The notes below the pieces were generated by a model that worked only from the letters and a program-made list of their open reading frames with translations, was not told the DNA's origin and ran no database searches. A DNA stretch of 64,000 bases from Streptosporangiaceae bacterium (GTDB lineage Bacteria; Actinomycetota; Actinomycetes; Streptosporangiales; Streptosporangiaceae), in contig DASXMW010000029.1 of assembly GCA_036495425.1 (NCBI GenBank), forward strand, positions 802 to 64,801, read 5' to 3'. Below are positions 16,965 through 26,600 of the stretch, one piece after another; position 1 is the first letter of the stretch; the number at the start of each line of letters is the position of its first letter. The translations under genes and the position numbers were made by a program.

Positions 16965-17782
16965 ATCAGCAAGGAGAATCAGCCATGGACCAGGTAGCAC
17001 TGTTTTCCGACGTCCGGCCGGCGCCTCCGGCGGACGATGATGTCGCCACCGTCTGCGACCGGACGCGCGATCGGGTCGCGGCCGCGTTTCAGGAAACCCC
17101 GCCCGGTCGTCGCCGTCGGCGGCGGTTCGCCTTCGGTCTGGCCGGTGGCGGTGTCCTCGCCGCCGGGGCCGCGACCGCGGCGGTCACCCTGCTCGCTGGT
17201 AACGCGGCCCCGCCCGGCGGTTCGCTGCGGTCGTTTGTCACCGCCGCCTACACGGTGCGCCCGGGTCAGGACGGCACGATCACCGTCACGATCAAGCAAC
17301 TACAGGACCCGGCGGGCCTGCAACGCGCGCTGGCCGCCGACGGCGTTCCCGCCCTCGTCCGGTACGTCCCGGACAGGTTCTTGAGCGGCACCTACCACGG
17401 CACCACCTACAGCGGCGTAAGCCCGGTGTGCCAGTACTTCAATCTTCCGCGGGCGGCCAGCGCGGAGTCCAAAGCGGTCGGCTTGGTCACTGGCGGGGGT
17501 GGGTTGTTCTGGATTCGCCCCAGTGCCATGCCCAAGGGTACGGTGGTCTTCATTCAGGACTCACTCAGCAAGCAGGGCAACATCGCCGGCATTGACCTGC
17601 TGACCAGCAGCAAGTTGCCTCCGTGCGTGCCAGTCAAGCCGCCTACACCGCAGCAGATCATCTCCCCGCAGGCTGGCCAGCCGACCGTCTCGCCGAAGGG
17701 CCATCAGCTGAAGAGCGTCCCGCCGGGCAGATACTCTGATCACGAATCACCGTTGCCGTCCTCGCCGGGCTCCTTGTCCTGA
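16961..17782 (+). CDS. Single-pass membrane protein coupled to the ECF sigma factor (candidate anti-sigma/partner)
   Basis: ATGA overlap with sigma gene; RRRRRRFAFGLAGGGVLAAGAATAAVTLLAG TM segment; lower GC than surroundings. Confidence 0.5.
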   Translation: MNQQGESAMDQVALFSDVRPAPPADDDVATVCDRTRDRVAAAFQETPPGRRRRRRFAFGLAGGGVLAAGAATAAVTLLAGNAAPPGGSLRSFVTAAYTVRPGQDGTITVTIKQLQDPAGLQRALAADGVPALVRYVPDRFLSGTYHGTTYSGVSPVCQYFNLPRAASAESKAVGLVTGGGGLFWIRPSAMPKGTVVFIQDSLSKQGNIAGIDLLTSSKLPPCVPVKPPTPQQIISPQAGQPTVSPKGHQLKSVPPGRYSDHESPLPSSPGSLS

Positions 17783-17855
17783 GCCTCACGGGCGCGAAGG
17801 GAAGACCCGGACCGTCTCGACGCCGAGCTTCGTGGCCGAGGCGGTTAGGCGCCGG

Positions 17856-18515
17856 TCAGAACAGGCGGAGCGAGTCGTCCTCGGTGCCGCGCATGGCCTC
17901 GTAGTCGAGGACCACGCAGCGGATGCCGCGGTCGGTGGCCAGCACCCGGGCCTGGGGCTTGATCTCCTGGGCGGCGAACACGCCCTGCACCGGGGCCAGC
18001 AGCGGGTCCCGGTTGAGCAGGTCCAGGTACCGGGTGAGCTGCTCGACGCCGTCGATCTCGCCTCGGCGCTTGATCTCCACCGCCACGCTGCCGCCGGCGT
18101 GGTCCTTGCACATCAGGTCGACCGGGCCGATCGGGGTGGGGAACTCCCGGCGGACCAGCCGCCAGCCGTCGCCCAGCAGGTTCACCTGAGCGGCCAGCAG
18201 TTCCTGCAGGTGTGACTCGACCCCGTCCTTGGTCAGGCCCGGGTCGACGCCGAGCTCGACCGAGGTGTCGCTGACCACTTCCTCCAGCGTGATGGCCAGG
18301 GTCTCGCCCGCTTTGTTGGTCACCGTCCACCGGCCGGGCTGCTCGGCCAGCCTGCACGGGGGCGACATCCAGTTCAGCGGCTTGTAGGAGCCGCCGTCGG
18401 AATGGACCAGGACCGAGCCATCCGCCTTGACGATGAGCAGGCGGAGCGCTGACGGGAGGTGGGCGGTGAGCCGGCCGACGTAGTCGACGCTGCACCGCGC
18501 GATGACGAGCCGCAC
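17856..18515 (-). CDS. nucS: Endonuclease NucS (mismatch-specific)
   Basis: [21 protein letters not shown]...; start set at GTG 18515, 219 aa. Confidence 0.9.
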   Translation of the reverse strand: MRLVIARCSVDYVGRLTAHLPSALRLLIVKADGSVLVHSDGGSYKPLNWMSPPCRLAEQPGRWTVTNKAGETLAITLEEVVSDTSVELGVDPGLTKDGVESHLQELLAAQVNLLGDGWRLVRREFPTPIGPVDLMCKDHAGGSVAVEIKRRGEIDGVEQLTRYLDLLNRDPLLAPVQGVFAAQEIKPQARVLATDRGIRCVVLDYEAMRGTEDDSLRLF

Positions 18516-18570
18516 GGAAGGCCACTGTAGCGGGCTCGCCCAGTGCGGACACGAGCATAAAGTAACCGGC

Positions 18571-18858
18571 GTGAGCCCGCGTAGATCCCGGCGTGCCCGG
18601 CCGGAAGCCGCCCCCTTGCCGCTGGGACCGGAGCGGCTCGAGTCGTGGCCGGACGGGGACTGGGTGGTCCGGCAGATCCCCGGGGCCGCCGCCACCAAGG
18701 AGTACCGCTGCCCCGGCTGTGACCAGGAGATCGTGCCCGGGACCGCGCACGTAGTGGCCTGGCCCGCCGAGGCCCCCGGGGTCGACATGCGCCGCCACTG
18801 GCACCGCACCTGCTGGCAGCGGCGGCTGACCCGCCGTCCCGGCTCAGGCCGCCACTGA
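18571..18858 (+). CDS. Small conserved Cys-containing protein (CPGCDQEI...HWHRTCW, zinc-ribbon-like)
   Basis: Divergent from nucS; start GTG 18571 is tentative. Confidence 0.45.
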   Translation: MSPRRSRRARPEAAPLPLGPERLESWPDGDWVVRQIPGAAATKEYRCPGCDQEIVPGTAHVVAWPAEAPGVDMRRHWHRTCWQRRLTRRPGSGRH

Positions 18859-18926
18859 TCCTTGCCCGGCGTCCGGCTCGGGCCGGTCGCTGATCCCCGC
18901 CCGCGGCACCACCGGAGCCGGGAACG

Positions 18927-18966
18927 CTGAAGGGCCGGCTCCCCGCTCCGGGGCCCGGCCCTTCAG
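18927..18966. terminator. Hairpin with 12-bp perfect stem (CTGAAGGGCCGG/CCGGCCCTTCAG) between convergent genes
   Basis: Read directly; 16-nt loop. Confidence 0.5.
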
Positions 18967-18990
18967 GTGCGCTGGTGCGCTAGTTCCTGC

Positions 18991-20400
18991 CTACTCCGTC
19001 CACCAGTCCTCGTCGTCCGCGGCCTTGCCGTTGGCGCCCTGCTTGGCGCCGTTGGCGGCCGGGGCGCCGTTGCGGGCCGGCTGGGCCTGCTGGGCCGGAG
19101 CCTGCCGCTGGGCCGGGGCCGTGGCCTGCGGGGCGCCGCCGTTGGCCGGCCCCCGGGCCTCCTGGGCGGGGGCGGCCGGAGCCTGCGGCCGCGGCGCGTC
19201 CGCGCCGATGGCCGGGCGGGACGGGGCCGACGGCACGGAGGAGGAGGCCTCTTCCATCCCGGGGACACCGCCACCGAGCAGCTGACGCAGCTGGGCCAGG
19301 TGGCTGCTGATGCTGTCCTTCTGGCGGGTGAGGTCGTCGACCTGACGCTGGGCCGCGGCCCGGGAACGCTCGGCCTCGGACTTGGTTTCGGCCAGCAGGT
19401 GGTCGGCCTGGCTCTTGGCCTGGCCGACGATCTGGTCGGCGTTCTTCTTGGCGTTGCTGACCAGCTGCTTGGCGTGCGAGTCGGCGTCGCGGCGGGTCTG
19501 CTCGGCCTGGGCGCTGGCCTTGGCGGCCCGCTGCTCGGCGGTGGACGCCCGCTGCTCGGCCTCGGAGACCAGCTTCTGGGTGGCGGCCTGCGCGGCGGAC
19601 AGCCGCTCGGCCTCCTGGCGCTCGGCCTCCTCGCGCCGGGCGGCCAGCTGGATCTCGAACTCGGCCTCCGCCTGCGCCCGCTGGGCCTCGCTCTCCTCCA
19701 GGATGCGCTGGGCCTGGCTGCGCATCTCGTCGGCTTGCCGCTTGGAGGTGGTGAGGATTTCGTCGCGTTCCCGCTTCGCCGACGCCTTGAGCTGGGCCAC
19801 TTCACGCTCGGTGGTGGTCCGCAGCTTGGCGATGTCGCGCTCGACGGCCGCCCGCTTCTCGGCGATCTCGTGGTCCGCCGTCGCCCGCAGCTTGGCCACT
19901 TCGCGCTCAGTGGTCGAGGTGAGCTCGTCCGCCTCGCGGCGGGCGCCCGTCCTGATCGAGTCGGCCTCGCGCTCCGCTGCCCCGCGCTGGTCGTCGGTCT
20001 CGCGCTTGGCGATCGCGCGCAGCTCGGCGGCCTCGTTCTCGGCCGACGCCCGCACCTCGGCCGCGTCCACCTTGGAGGCGGCCTTGATCTCGTTGGCCTC
20101 GGACCGGGCCGCCTGGACCAGCTCGGTGGCCTGCTCCTCGGCCAGCCGGAGCAACTGCTCGATCCGGGCACCCAGACCGGAGTAGGTCGGCCGTTCCTGC
20201 TCCTGCAGCTGGCGGTGGGCATCGGCCAGCTGCTGGTGCATCGCCTGCACCTGGTCCTTGTGCTGGCGCAGATCCCCTTCGATGGTCGCAAGATGCTCGT
20301 TGACCTGCTGGGGGTCGTATCCGCGCATCACCTTGGCGAACTCGCGCGGCTGCGTGTCTTCAAAGAAGTTGGTGAGCTGTGCGTCAATGTCGGATTGCAT
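18991..20400 (-). CDS. FilP/Scy-like coiled-coil cytoskeletal protein with DivIVA-like N-terminus
   Basis: MRGYDPQQVNEHL..., PTYSGLGARIEQLLRLAEEQATEL and long heptad-like E/A/R/K repeats; neighbours mce-thiolase-meaB as filP/scy do in Streptomyces (from memory); start ATG 20400. Confidence 0.65.
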   Translation of the reverse strand: MQSDIDAQLTNFFEDTQPREFAKVMRGYDPQQVNEHLATIEGDLRQHKDQVQAMHQQLADAHRQLQEQERPTYSGLGARIEQLLRLAEEQATELVQAARSEANEIKAASKVDAAEVRASAENEAAELRAIAKRETDDQRGAAEREADSIRTGARREADELTSTTEREVAKLRATADHEIAEKRAAVERDIAKLRTTTEREVAQLKASAKRERDEILTTSKRQADEMRSQAQRILEESEAQRAQAEAEFEIQLAARREEAERQEAERLSAAQAATQKLVSEAEQRASTAEQRAAKASAQAEQTRRDADSHAKQLVSNAKKNADQIVGQAKSQADHLLAETKSEAERSRAAAQRQVDDLTRQKDSISSHLAQLRQLLGGGVPGMEEASSSVPSAPSRPAIGADAPRPQAPAAPAQEARGPANGGAPQATAPAQRQAPAQQAQPARNGAPAANGAKQGANGKAADDEDWWTE

Positions 20401-20882
20401 GTGGCCTAACCCTGTTGGACGGTACGGCAGGCGGGGGGGTTGCAAGTGAGGTTCTCATCGCCCGATCGGTAAGGTGAACCGGCGGCGGGACGGCAGGCAC
20501 CTCGCCCGGTCGTTACGGACTTCTGCGATTTTCTCACCTGGTAGCAGGCAGACTACTCCGCCTGCGCGCCGTTGTCGGTTCCTTCGGACTTCCCAGCGGC
20601 GGATTCTCTGGACTGTGACCTAGGCTTCCGGTAAATAAGCACCATATCGGTCATTGTCCGGATATTCTCCCTGCATAACGGGCACTTTCCGAACCTGGCC
20701 GGGGCTCGTCAGCCGTCACTCCCGTACACCACTGGTACGTATGTGACAACCTTCAGGGCCATCCCGGGGGCGTTCCCGGGGCCGGTCCAGCCGGCTCCGG
20801 CCGCACCCGCGCCCGGCCGTCAACTCGTCTCGGTCAGACCGCCGGAACCGTCAGCCAGCAGAACCGTCAGCCAGGTGAACGG

Positions 20883-21332
20883 TCAGCCGTCCTGTGCCCG
20901 TTTCGGCTCGACCAGCTCGGTGAGCACCCCGCCCAGATCGGCCGGGTGCAGGAAGGCGATCGAGGCGCCCAGTGAGCCGTGCCGGGGACGTTCGTCGATG
21001 AGCCGGACCCCGGTCCCGCCCACCTCGGCCAGGGCCGAGCGCACGTCGTCGACCGCGTACCCGATGTGGTGAATGCCCTCGCCCCGCCGGGCCAGGAACT
21101 TTCCGACCGGGGTGTCCGGAGACAGCGGCTCCAGCAACTGAATGTACGAGGCGCCGCCGGGCACGGCCACCGGCGCATCGTCGGCGGCCACCAGCAGCAT
21201 GGCCTCGCGCACACCCTGCTCCTCGATGACCTCGCGGGATGCCACCGTGAGCCCGAACACCGAGCAGTACTTCTGCACCGTCAGCTCGAGGTCCCGGCAG
21301 GCGATTCCCACGTGGTCGATCCTGGTCAGCAT
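20883..21332 (-). CDS. mce: Methylmalonyl-CoA epimerase (VOC/glyoxalase family)
   Basis: MLTRIDHVGIACRDLE...GIHHIGYAVDD...FLHP. Confidence 0.85.
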   Translation of the reverse strand: MLTRIDHVGIACRDLELTVQKYCSVFGLTVASREVIEEQGVREAMLLVAADDAPVAVPGGASYIQLLEPLSPDTPVGKFLARRGEGIHHIGYAVDDVRSALAEVGGTGVRLIDERPRHGSLGASIAFLHPADLGGVLTELVEPKRAQDG

Positions 21333-21474
21333 GATCGGTCCATCAGATCAGATGAGGGGAGCGGAATGCGGGCTGGGGGTCCGGGTGCTGCCCATGGTGG
21401 CTGGGTATCGTGACAGGAGCGGGCCCCGGCCTCAGGGGCGGTACGGCCCAGAACGGTGACGCGGAGGTATCGGG

Positions 21475-22707
21475 ATGAGCGAGGCCCTGTCCAGCAGCGC
21501 GGGGACGCCGACCGGACGGGAGCCGGTCATCGTCGGTGGAGCCAGAACGGCCATCGGCCGCCTGCTCGGCTCGCTGGCCGGGTTCTCCGGCGCCGATCTC
21601 GGCGGCATCGCGATCAAGGCCGCGCTGGAGCGGTCCGGCGTCGGCGGGGACCAGGTCGACTACGTGATCATGGGTCAGGTGCTGCAGGCCGGGGCGGGCC
21701 AGATCCCGGCCCGGCAGGCGGCGGTGGCCGCGGGTGTGCCGATGTCGGTGCCCGCAATGACTCTCAACAAGGTCTGCCTGTCCGGCCTGGACGCGATCGC
21801 GCTGGCCGCCCAGTACATCCGGCTCGGCGAGTTCGACGTGGTGGTGGCGGGCGGCATGGAGTCCATGACCCAGGCCCCGCACCTGCTGCCCAAGTCGCGC
21901 TCGGGCTACAGGTACGGCCCGGTCGAGGTGCAGGACTCGATGGCCCTGGACGGCCTGACCGACGCCTACGACCACGTGTCCATGGGCGAATCCACCGAGC
22001 GGCTCGGGGTCAAGCTGGGCATCAGCCGGGCCGAGCAGGACGAGTTCTCGGCCCTGTCCCACCAGCGGGCCGCGGCCGCGGTCAAGAACGGCGCGCTGGC
22101 CGAGGAGATCGTGGGCGTGTCCGTGCCCCGCCGCGGCGGCGAACCGCTGCTGTTCGACGAGGACGAGGGGATCCGCCCGGAGACCACGGCCGAGTCGCTG
22201 GGCCGCCTCCGCCCGGCCTTCGCCCCGGACGGAACGATCACCGCCGGCTCGGCCTCGCAGATCTCCGACGGCGCCGCTGCCGTGGTGGTGATGGCCCGGG
22301 AGACCGCTGAGGCCCTGGGGGCCCACGTGCTGGCCGAGGTCGGCGCGGCCGGCCTGGTCGCGGGCCCGGACAACTCGCTGCACTCCCAGCCGTCCAACGC
22401 GATCCGGCGGGCGCTGGCCAAGGGCGGGCTGACAGTGTCCGACCTGGACCTGATCGAGATCAACGAGGCCTTCGCCATGGTCGCCATCCAGTCCATGCGC
22501 GACCTCGGCGTGGGCCCGGAGCGGGTCAACGTCAACGGCGGCGCGATCGCGCTGGGCCACCCGATCGGGGCCTCCGGCACCCGGATCGCCCTGCATCTGG
22601 CCCATGAACTGCGCCGCCGCGGCGGCGGGGTGGGCGCCGCCGGGCTCTGCGGTGGTGGTGGCCAGGGCGAGGCCCTGCTGCTGCGGGTGCCGGCTCGGGC
22701 GGCCTGA
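21475..22707 (+). CDS. Acetyl-CoA C-acetyltransferase (thiolase II)
   Basis: Thiolase motifs [36 protein letters not shown]. Confidence 0.9.
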   Translation: MSEALSSSAGTPTGREPVIVGGARTAIGRLLGSLAGFSGADLGGIAIKAALERSGVGGDQVDYVIMGQVLQAGAGQIPARQAAVAAGVPMSVPAMTLNKVCLSGLDAIALAAQYIRLGEFDVVVAGGMESMTQAPHLLPKSRSGYRYGPVEVQDSMALDGLTDAYDHVSMGESTERLGVKLGISRAEQDEFSALSHQRAAAAVKNGALAEEIVGVSVPRRGGEPLLFDEDEGIRPETTAESLGRLRPAFAPDGTITAGSASQISDGAAAVVVMARETAEALGAHVLAEVGAAGLVAGPDNSLHSQPSNAIRRALAKGGLTVSDLDLIEINEAFAMVAIQSMRDLGVGPERVNVNGGAIALGHPIGASGTRIALHLAHELRRRGGGVGAAGLCGGGGQGEALLLRVPARAA

Positions 22708-22714
22708 CCTTCCC

Positions 22715-23752
22715 GTGCCCTCGCCTCCCGGGAACGCTGGCGGCGCCGGCCCGGCCGACGACGACGCCGCGCTGGCCGCGCGGGCTCACGGCGGCGACCC
22801 GCGGGCCCTGGCCCGGCTGGTGTCGCTGATCGAGGACGGCTCGCCCCGGATCCGGGCCCTGATGAAGGAACTGGCCCCGCGGGCGGGCGGGGCGCGGGTG
22901 ATCGGCCTCACCGGCCCGCCCGGCGCGGGTAAATCCACGGTGACCAGCGCGCTGGTCAGGGCGTACCGCGGCCAGGGCCAGCGGGTGGCGGTGCTGGCCA
23001 TCGACCCGTCCTCGCCGTTCACCGGGGGCGCCCTGCTCGGGGACCGGATCCGCATGCAGGAGCACGCCACCGACCCCGGCGTGTTCATCCGGTCCATGGC
23101 CAGCCGGGGGCACCTGGGCGGCCTGGCCGCGGCCACCCCGCAGGTGATCAGGGCCCTGGACGCGGCCCGGTTCGAGGTGGTCCTGATCGAGACGGTCGGG
23201 GTCGGGCAGATCGAGGTGGAGATCGCCTCCACCGCCGACTCGGTGGTGGTGCTGGTCGTGCCGGGCATGGGTGACGCCGTGCAGGCGGCCAAGGCCGGCA
23301 TCCTGGAGATCGCGGACGTGTTCGCGGTCAACAAGGCCGACCGGCCCCAGGTCCAGGAGACCATCCGTGACCTGCGCACCATGATCGCCCTGGCCCAGCA
23401 CGGGCCGGACGACTGGAAGCCGCCCATCGTCGCCACCGTGGCCACCGCCGGTGAGGGCATCGGCGAGCTGGTGGACCGGCTGGACGCGCACTGGTCCTGG
23501 CTGTCCTCGTCCGGCGAGCGGGATCGCCGCCGGATCGCCCGGGCCCGGGAAGAGGTGGCCGCGCTGGCCCTGGGCACGCTGCGCCGGTCCATGAACCAGC
23601 TGCCCGGCGACGCCGCCCTGGATCCGCTGGCCGCCCGCGTGGCCTGCGGCGAACTCGATCCTTACACCGCCGCCGACGAGCTCCTCGGCGCCCTCGCCGA
23701 TCAGGAAGCCCGCGCCGATCAGCAGCCCGGTCAGCAGGCTATGGCCCGCTGA
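22715..23752 (+). CDS. meaB: Methylmalonyl-CoA mutase-associated GTPase MeaB/ArgK
   Basis: P-loop GLTGPPGAGKST, IETVGVGQ, NKAD; start GTG 22715 tentative. Confidence 0.85.
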   Translation: MPSPPGNAGGAGPADDDAALAARAHGGDPRALARLVSLIEDGSPRIRALMKELAPRAGGARVIGLTGPPGAGKSTVTSALVRAYRGQGQRVAVLAIDPSSPFTGGALLGDRIRMQEHATDPGVFIRSMASRGHLGGLAAATPQVIRALDAARFEVVLIETVGVGQIEVEIASTADSVVVLVVPGMGDAVQAAKAGILEIADVFAVNKADRPQVQETIRDLRTMIALAQHGPDDWKPPIVATVATAGEGIGELVDRLDAHWSWLSSSGERDRRRIARAREEVAALALGTLRRSMNQLPGDAALDPLAARVACGELDPYTAADELLGALADQEARADQQPGQQAMAR

Positions 23753-25166
23753 TCGGCGAGGCCTTCCAGGTGTGGCCACCGTCGAACGTGAACCACAGCG
23801 TGTGCTGGAACGGGTCGGCGGGCAGGGCGATGCCCTGCCCGGGGCTGGTCATGCCCACCCAGCCGAACCCGCCCCTCGGGCCGGCCGTGCCCGCCGCTTC
23901 GACCTGCCAGGTCTGCCCGCCGTCCCGGGACACCTGGATGCCGTCGCTGGTGGAGAGCACGATCTCGCCGCCGGGCTGGATCGCGGCGGTGGTCACCCGG
24001 TTGCCCCCGGAAACCGTCCCGGCCTGCTGCCAGCGGCCACCCCCGTCCGTCGAGGTGAACACCTGCGCGCCACCGCCGGGCGAGGTGCACGCCAGCACCA
24101 TCGCGGCGCTGCTGGCGGCGCTGAGCAACGCTCCGGACGGCTGCCCGTCGGCCTGCGCCGCGCCCGGGGCGCAGCTGACGGTGCCGGCCGGGCGGGACGA
24201 CACCTGCTTCCACGGGCCACCGCCGTCGACCGGCCCGGCGTACACCGAGCCGTCCGGGGCCAGCAGGTAACCGCCGCCGCTGGTCAGCACCAGGGACGCC
24301 GAGCCGTCCTGGCCGCCGTTGGACAGGTCCGCTGCGCCCCCGACCCGCGTCCAGCCGTCCTGGCCGGCCCCGGTGGAGTACAGGCTGAACTTCGTGCACT
24401 GAGCCGCGAACTCCGGACCGGTGCCGGTGCAGCTGGCGAAGATGGCGAAGGCCCGGGTGCCCACGGTCTCCAGCGCGGTCACCCGCAGCCCTTGCGGGCC
24501 CTGCTGGGCCCAGTGCTGGCCGCCGTCGGTGGTGGCGAACAACTGCGGCCCGAACGCCCAGCCGTCGTTCTCGTTCAGGAAGCGGACCTGGCCCACCCCC
24601 GAGTCGCCGTTGGGCGCTCCGGTGGCGGGTGCGGGCACCCCGGTCCAGGTCTGCCCGGCGTCGCCGGTGCGGGCCACCGACGTGCAGTACTGGGTGGCGC
24701 AGTGCCCGGGGACGCCGGCCTGGCCGATCACCCAGCCGGTGTGCGGGCCGACGAAGGTGGCCGAGGTGGCCTGAAAGTTCTGCGGCACCGGCACTGGCGC
24801 CGGGGCCGTGGGGGTCACGCTCGGGACCGGCGACGCCCGGCCCGAGGCCGCGCCCGAGCCCACCTGGCCGCGGGAGATGTGGGTCGTGGGCCTGGGCGAC
24901 CCGGCCGAGGCCGCGCTGTTGGCGTTGTTCTGGTTGACGTGCAGTACGGAGGTGGCCACCCGCGGCACCACGATGACCGCGCCGGCCACGGCCGCCGCCA
25001 CCGCCGCGGACAGGGCCACCTGCCGGTACCGGCGGCGCCGGACCCGGCGCCTGATCAGATCGAACGTGCCGGGCGGCGGCGGCAGCGGGTCGATCCGGGC
25101 CTGGAGCCAGCTGTCCACGTCTTCCCGTGGCTGGCCCGGGTCGCGGGGATCCCGGTGATCATCCAT
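23739..25166 (-). CDS. Membrane-anchored anti-sigma-like protein with extracytoplasmic BNR/Asp-box beta-propeller domain
   Basis: 8-nt overlap with upstream ECF sigma; TM (VALSAAVAAAVAGAVIVV); five S/T-x-D-G/A-G-x-x-W boxes (TGDAGQTW, TTDGGQHW, STDGGGRW, SRDGGQTW, TFDGGHTW). Confidence 0.6.
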   Translation of the reverse strand: MDDHRDPRDPGQPREDVDSWLQARIDPLPPPPGTFDLIRRRVRRRRYRQVALSAAVAAAVAGAVIVVPRVATSVLHVNQNNANSAASAGSPRPTTHISRGQVGSGAASGRASPVPSVTPTAPAPVPVPQNFQATSATFVGPHTGWVIGQAGVPGHCATQYCTSVARTGDAGQTWTGVPAPATGAPNGDSGVGQVRFLNENDGWAFGPQLFATTDGGQHWAQQGPQGLRVTALETVGTRAFAIFASCTGTGPEFAAQCTKFSLYSTGAGQDGWTRVGGAADLSNGGQDGSASLVLTSGGGYLLAPDGSVYAGPVDGGGPWKQVSSRPAGTVSCAPGAAQADGQPSGALLSAASSAAMVLACTSPGGGAQVFTSTDGGGRWQQAGTVSGGNRVTTAAIQPGGEIVLSTSDGIQVSRDGGQTWQVEAAGTAGPRGGFGWVGMTSPGQGIALPADPFQHTLWFTFDGGHTWKASPISGP

Positions 25167-25782
25167 CGGATTCCCCCATGCTGGCCTTCAGCCGGTTCCG
25201 GGCCTGGAACAGGTCGGCCTTGATCGTGCCCTCCGGCCGCCCCAGCAGCGCCGCGACCTCGCGCACGCCGAACCCGGCGTAGTAATGCAGCAGGAACGCG
25301 TTGCGCATCCGCTGGGGCAGGTTCTGTATGAGGTTGCGCACGTCCACGTCCTCGTCCGGGTGGGCCTGCGGATCCCGGTCCGCGGAGGCGGTGACGGTGC
25401 GGAGGGCCCGGCGCTCGCGCTCGGTCTTGCGCCAGTGGTCCCGGACCAGGTTGGTGGCGATCATGTACAGGTAGCTCTGCGGGTTGTCCAGCGAAGACCA
25501 GCGGGCCAGCAGCCGGGTGAAGGCCTCGGACGCGATCTCGTGCGCGGTCTCGTCGTCGTCGACCAGGCGCCGGATCCAGCCCGCCAGCCGGGGATAGGAA
25601 CTGCTGAACAGTTCCTCGGCCGCCGCCCAGTCGGCCTTGGCAAAGGTGCGCACCGAAGTCCCCTTGCTGACCGGCGCTGCAGGCCGCGACCCGGGCGCAC
25701 CCAGAGCCACGGCCCCGGCCTCCTGCCCCGTATGAGGACGCCTGGCATCGTGCGCCAGAGATTTCACTGGTGTACCACACAA
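25159..25782 (-). CDS. ECF-type RNA polymerase sigma factor
   Basis: Region 2 (LFSSSYPRLAGWIRRLV...AHEIASEAFTRL...YLYMIATNLVRDHWR) and region 4 (LPQRMRNAFLLHYYAGFGVREVAALLGRPEGTIKADL); true start probably downstream of 25782. Confidence 0.8.
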   Translation of the reverse strand: MCGTPVKSLAHDARRPHTGQEAGAVALGAPGSRPAAPVSKGTSVRTFAKADWAAAEELFSSSYPRLAGWIRRLVDDDETAHEIASEAFTRLLARWSSLDNPQSYLYMIATNLVRDHWRKTERERRALRTVTASADRDPQAHPDEDVDVRNLIQNLPQRMRNAFLLHYYAGFGVREVAALLGRPEGTIKADLFQARNRLKASMGESDG

Positions 25783-25963
25783 CCACCCGACAACGGAGAT
25801 TCCCGGACCCTGCTGCCCCTCGGGACATTTGTGGGGTCCGGATGTACCCCTGTCACATCCGGACCAGCCTTTGAGACGACGGGGCCCCGGGGAAGGTTGG
25901 GATTAATTTCCGTTTTTTCTGAGCGATTGCCATGAACCGTGTGCGGTTGGCCAGACCCGCTGT

Positions 25964-26232
25964 TCAGACCGGGCAGGCCGTCGGCAGCCCCGTCTCCTGC
26001 GCGGCCGCCAGCATGCGCTTGTCGTACGACACCAGCGCGGTCAGATCGGCCCGGACGGACAGCGCCGACGCCACGTGAATCGCGTCCAGCGTGCGCAGGA
26101 CATTGGGCCGAACGCCGGCCGCGCGCGTGAGTACGGGAGGCTGCCGTTTTCCCTGAGCCACCCGGTCAGGGCGGCCGACTCTGGCTCCGTGATGGCCAGT
26201 TTCACGAGCGCCGAGGAATCAAGGTGGATCAA
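25964..26232 (-). pseudogene. VapC-type PIN-domain toxin remnant (frameshifted, internally shortened)
   Basis: MIHLDSSALVKLAITEPESAALTGWL in one frame, ...VLRTLDAIHVASAL...VSYDKRMLAAAQETGLP in another; combined length well below an intact VapC. Confidence 0.6.
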
Positions 26233-26446
26233 TACCTCTCCTCGTCGCGCATCTGCTGCAGGATCTCGCTCGCGGTCGGCCGCCCGGGCGGTACCGGGGG
26301 CCCTGGTTCCACGTCAAGCAGATCTCCCGGGTCCTTGGCGGGTCCGAGGATTCCGGCCGCGGACAGCCGCTCCAGCGGGCTCTCCGGCTCCTGGACCGGG
26401 ACGAGCCGGGCCACCAGGCGGCCCCGGTTGGTGATGTCGACGGTGT
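26229..26446 (-). pseudogene. Antitoxin remnant (Phd/YefM- or VapB-like C-terminal part, N-terminus missing)
   Basis: Frame reads *GYTVDITNRGRLVARLVPVQEPESPLERL...; in-frame TAG at 26447-26449 removes the usual N-terminal part. Confidence 0.45.
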
Positions 26447-26600
26447 AGCCCTAACCATCCGACCTTCGACCATATAAAAGGGCACCGGACCGGAGTGCGC
26501 GAGCTGTCGCGGATGACTTTGGCCGCCGTCGGTGTTCGAATCGGCGTACGACGGGTGCGGCACCGGTTGAGGTACCGCACGGATACGGCAGGATGGGATC

